Below are positions 50,145 through 53,295 of a stretch of DNA of 53,295 bases, piece after piece. The notes below the pieces were generated by a model. That model saw nothing but the letters and a program-made list of their open reading frames with translations, ran no database searches and was not told where the DNA came from. Both the position numbers and the translations under genes were made by a program. Source of the stretch: Octopus bimaculoides (Eukaryota); contig NC_068990.1 of assembly GCF_001194135.2 (NCBI RefSeq), positions 79,296,240 to 79,349,534 on the forward strand, read 5' to 3'. Every line of letters begins with the position of its first letter. Position 1 is the first letter of the stretch.

Positions 50145-50462
50145 ATGACAACAGCAGCTTCATGGAAATTCAACACTCGACCACCAGCTTACTGCAAACT
50201 CGATCTTCATCGCCACCATCATCTTCTTAACGGCACCAACTTCTCTACGTACACACCACCAATAACATTCGCACAGGTTCTCTCAACACTGTTTGTGAAT
50301 AACTTCACCATGGTTAACAGCGAATACAACCTGCAAGACCTCCTGTACCAAGTAACCGGCAGCAGCATTGAAGCCTCAACTTCTCACGACATGTGTCTCT
50401 TCCCGGCTCTGCATTGCCGCCACAAATTCTTGTTACAGCACCTCAACTACTGTGTACCTTGA
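50145..50462 (+). other. Unassigned 105-aa ORF downstream of the promoter cluster (orphan gene or retroelement remnant)
   Basis: ATG in context gcgATG about 100 nt after the TATA box; AATAAA at 50656-50661. No family recognised. Confidence 0.25.
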
Positions 50463-51212
50463 CTATGAACTGGTATTTACCATCCTTGTGTCTGGACTTT
50501 CTTCTAATGTCCTGATAGACTCTTTTCTATGCTCTGTACTACTCGCACACACATGCATCCATGTTTGTATACACATACACTTTGTTTACATGACGGCCTG
50601 TCTATTATTATATGTCGCACTCACATACACACACAGACACACAAGTTGACATATCAATAAAACCTTCTCTTAAACCTTCTACCGGTTGTGTCTCTCTTTT
50701 CCTTCTGGCACTCATACTCATTTATCCTCTTTTCGTATTTTTATTTTGTATCGACCGTGCGATGTGCTAAAGGAACCATTCTTCGTCACCTCCCCTGGTC
50801 GCACGGTCGTTACAAGTGTATGCCTTGCTACATGTGTAAGTGAGATGATTGAATGTGAGTATCAGTGGTCCTTAAAGAAGATCAAAAGACAATGCGACAT
50901 TCCTTTTTCATCAATTGTTGCATGATGTTATCTAATCATATGTTGCTTCAACCTAATTTGTCCTGGTTTGCGAATGGAGAGTGTAATGCCTTGTTACATA
51001 TGGGAAATGACTTGAACGTAAGTACCAGTGATTAGTGATGATGCGTGGTTTGCGCGGCCCCCGTGTCCATCACTCCATTTTCATCATGTCCACTCTTTCA
51101 TTATCCGTACGCTATTTTGAACCCCACGTTTTGTCTGTCCTGTATTGTCCCTTAAAAAAATTAAAACAATAAAACTAAAAATAAAAAATTCATTGAGCAT
51201 CAATTTTACGAA

Positions 51213-51248
<36 letters not shown>

Positions 51249-51300
51249 TGTATGTATGCATACATGTATGTATATATATGTGTGTGTGTGTGTGTGTATA

Positions 51301-51520
51301 AAGGTGAGCGAGCAGAATCGTTAGCACGACGGACAAGATGCTTAGAGGCATTTCGTCCGTCTTTATGTTCTGAGTTCAAATTCCGCCAAAGTTGACTTTG
51401 CCTTTTATTCTTTCAGGGTCGATAGAATAAGTGCCAGTTGAGCACTGGGGGTCGGTGTAATCGACTTACCCCCAGGTCCCTAAATTGCTGGCCTTGTACC
51501 AAAATTTAAAACCAATATCA
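51301..51520 (+). mobile_element. SINE family B
   Basis: GCAGAATCGTTAGCACG...GAGTTCAAATTCCGCC...TTCAGGGTCGATAGAATAAGTGCCAG. Confidence 0.7.
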
Positions 51521-51864
51521 TGAATAAACATATATATAGTAGAGTCTTTCGTAGATCTAGACGCATGAGGATCCAACAGGCTAACTATTAAACTAGTCAC
51601 AAACATGATTTGTTTCTAGTGGTGAAGGTTTCTGTAGAACCAGCCACAGGTTTTATGCATATATATATTTCATGTAATTAAATGACAGTCAACTCTTCTG
51701 GGTTCCTCCGTCCTTTGACGGGTCTTTTTTTTTTTTCAAACGAGATCTGAAATCCCCCCCCCCTACTCCTTACCAAGAAGGTTTCATGGTGCTGACGGTT
51801 TAGTCACCGATGGTCGGACCTTGCAACAAGTTGTACCGAGTTACACGTTACCAGTTGCATACAT

Positions 51865-52220
51865 GTATGTGATAGATAGATAGACAGACAGACATACAGA
51901 CAGACATACAGACAGATAGACAGATAGATAGATAGACAGGCAGGCAGGAAGGCAGACAGGCAGATAGACCAACAGACTGACTGACAGACAGACAAACGGA
52001 TAGACAAACATAGATAGATAGACAGACAGATAGATAGCTAGCTAGATAGATAGATATAGTTATAGATATATATAGACATAGACACGTAGCAATATCAAGG
52101 TGTGTGTGTGTGTGGAGAGAGAGGGAGCGTGAAAGAAAGAAAGAAAGAAAGAAAGAAGGAAAGAAAGAAAGAAAGAAGGAAAGAAAGAAAGAAAGAAGGA
52201 AAGAAAGAAAGAAAGAAACC
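51865..52220. repeat. Compound (GATA/GACA)n and (GAAA)n microsatellites
   Basis: Direct reading. Confidence 0.95.
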
Positions 52221-52789
52221 GAAAGTGTTGGAATGTCATTCGGCNNNNNNNNNNNNNNNNNNNNNNNNNNNNNNNNNNNNNNNNNNNNNNNNNNNNNNNN
52301 NNNNNNNNNNNNNNNNNNNNNNNNNNNNNNNNNNNNNNNNNNNNNNNNNNNNNNNNNNNNNNNNNNNNNNNNNNNNNNNNNNNNNNNNNNNNNNNNNNNN
52401 NNNNNNNNNNNNNNNNNNNNNNNNNNNNNNNNNNNNNNNNNNNNNNNNNNNNNNNNNNNNNNNNNNNNNNNNNNNNNNNNNNNNNNNNNNNNNNNNNNNN
52501 NNNNNNNNTGGACTTTAGTCTTTTCGTAACTGAAACTTTGAGATTCTGTGTCATTGAGATCACGTGCCTGTATATATTTCATCTGATTTTATCCTCTTCC
52601 TTTCTGACTTCCTTTAGTTCAAATCCCGCAAAGATCAGATTTTCATTTAAAATCTTTCTGGAAAAATATAATCTAGTGAAGAAGACAAAAACACCTGGGG
52701 TAAATTTTGGATTAACATGCAGTTTAAGGCTTTAAAACACTTAAAGTAAATAAAACACCAACAGTAAATATATAGGGGGAGAATTCACA

Positions 52790-52950
52790 AAAAACAAAAA
52801 CAAAAGACGAAGACAGGTAGTGTAGAAAACAAACAGATGTATTAGTATAACGCTCGGGAATTGAAAAAGTCTTTAACGTTTCGAGCCTATGCTCTTCCAC
52901 AGAAAGAAACAAGGAGAGAAAATTAAGAATGTGTAGTGGCTAGCGATCTA
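52790..52950 (-). mobile_element. Penelope-like repeat with a minimal hammerhead motif
   Basis: Minus strand at 52869-52907 reads TCTTT-CTGTGGA-A-GAGC-ATAG-GCTC-GAAAC-GTT-AAAGA. Confidence 0.6.
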
Positions 52951-53009
52951 TCATGGCGAATGATAGATCTCACTCTGTCAAATATATATGTATATATATA
53001 TATATATAT

Positions 53010-53290
53010 AGTTCAAAAAAACAATAACAAAAAAACAACAAAGTGAGGACGTGATATGGACGCTCAGGAAAGGAAAGAGAGAGTGTATGACGTTTCGGGC
53101 GTAGCCCTTCGTTGGAAAGATGGAAAGTTCGGAGAATGGAAGAACGGAGAAAGAGGAAAATACCGATGCCCACGAGGTTACATTATGAAAAGACCGGAAG
53201 AGGAGGTGGTGGGGGAAAAGTTCTTTCTAAGACAGGAGAGTGAAAAAGGGAGATGAATATCTGTGCGTGTGCGAAAGTCTGCGAGTGTGT
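53010..53290 (-). mobile_element. Penelope-like repeat with a variant hammerhead motif
   Basis: Minus strand at 53085-53120 reads TCTTT-CCAACGA-A-GGGC-TAC-GCCC-GAAAC-GTC. Follows (TA)n. Related to 20-213. Confidence 0.5.
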
Positions 53291-53295
53291 GTGTG

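Noticed and set aside
8176-52582. All long ORFs containing X runs or IYIY/HTHT/CVCV/RERE/LSLS tracts
   Set aside because: Artefacts of N-gaps and microsatellites.

Overview
AT-rich, microsatellite-dense eukaryotic draft-assembly DNA with about 15 N-gaps. The SINE, LINE and MITE content looks like a cephalopod (Octopus-like) genome, but that is inference from memory, not a database result. One spliced protein-coding gene can be rebuilt by hand on the minus strand from GT-AG exons with matching phases: 33586-33738, 28000-28087, 19553-19652, 9256-9385 and 7010-7857. It encodes a Mondo/ChREBP (MLXIP/MLXIPL)-family bHLH-zipper factor with a Mondo-type DCD. The architecture is atypical: no N-terminal glucose-sensing module is visible, one expected DCD exon is not found (it may be in a gap, or skipped via a tandem acceptor), and there is a ~257-aa low-complexity C-terminal extension. 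A CCAAT/CRE/TATA promoter at ~36.0 kb coincides with a shift from CpG-poor to CpG-rich DNA. The rest is repeats: at least four tRNA-derived SINE families; RTE (with a PHD-like insert), HERO-like and R4/Dong-like LINE relics; mariner, pogo and piggyBac-like MITEs; Helitron-like ends; and a 46-bp minisatellite. There are also six degenerate minimal type-I hammerhead ribozyme motifs in Penelope-like repeats, two of them facing each other in a 355-bp foldback. A compact promoter-ORF-polyA unit between diverged direct repeats lies at ~49.7-51.2 kb. Almost all other ORFs in the supplied track are artefacts of microsatellites, N-gaps or antisense shadows. Repeat boundaries are read by eye and are approximate.
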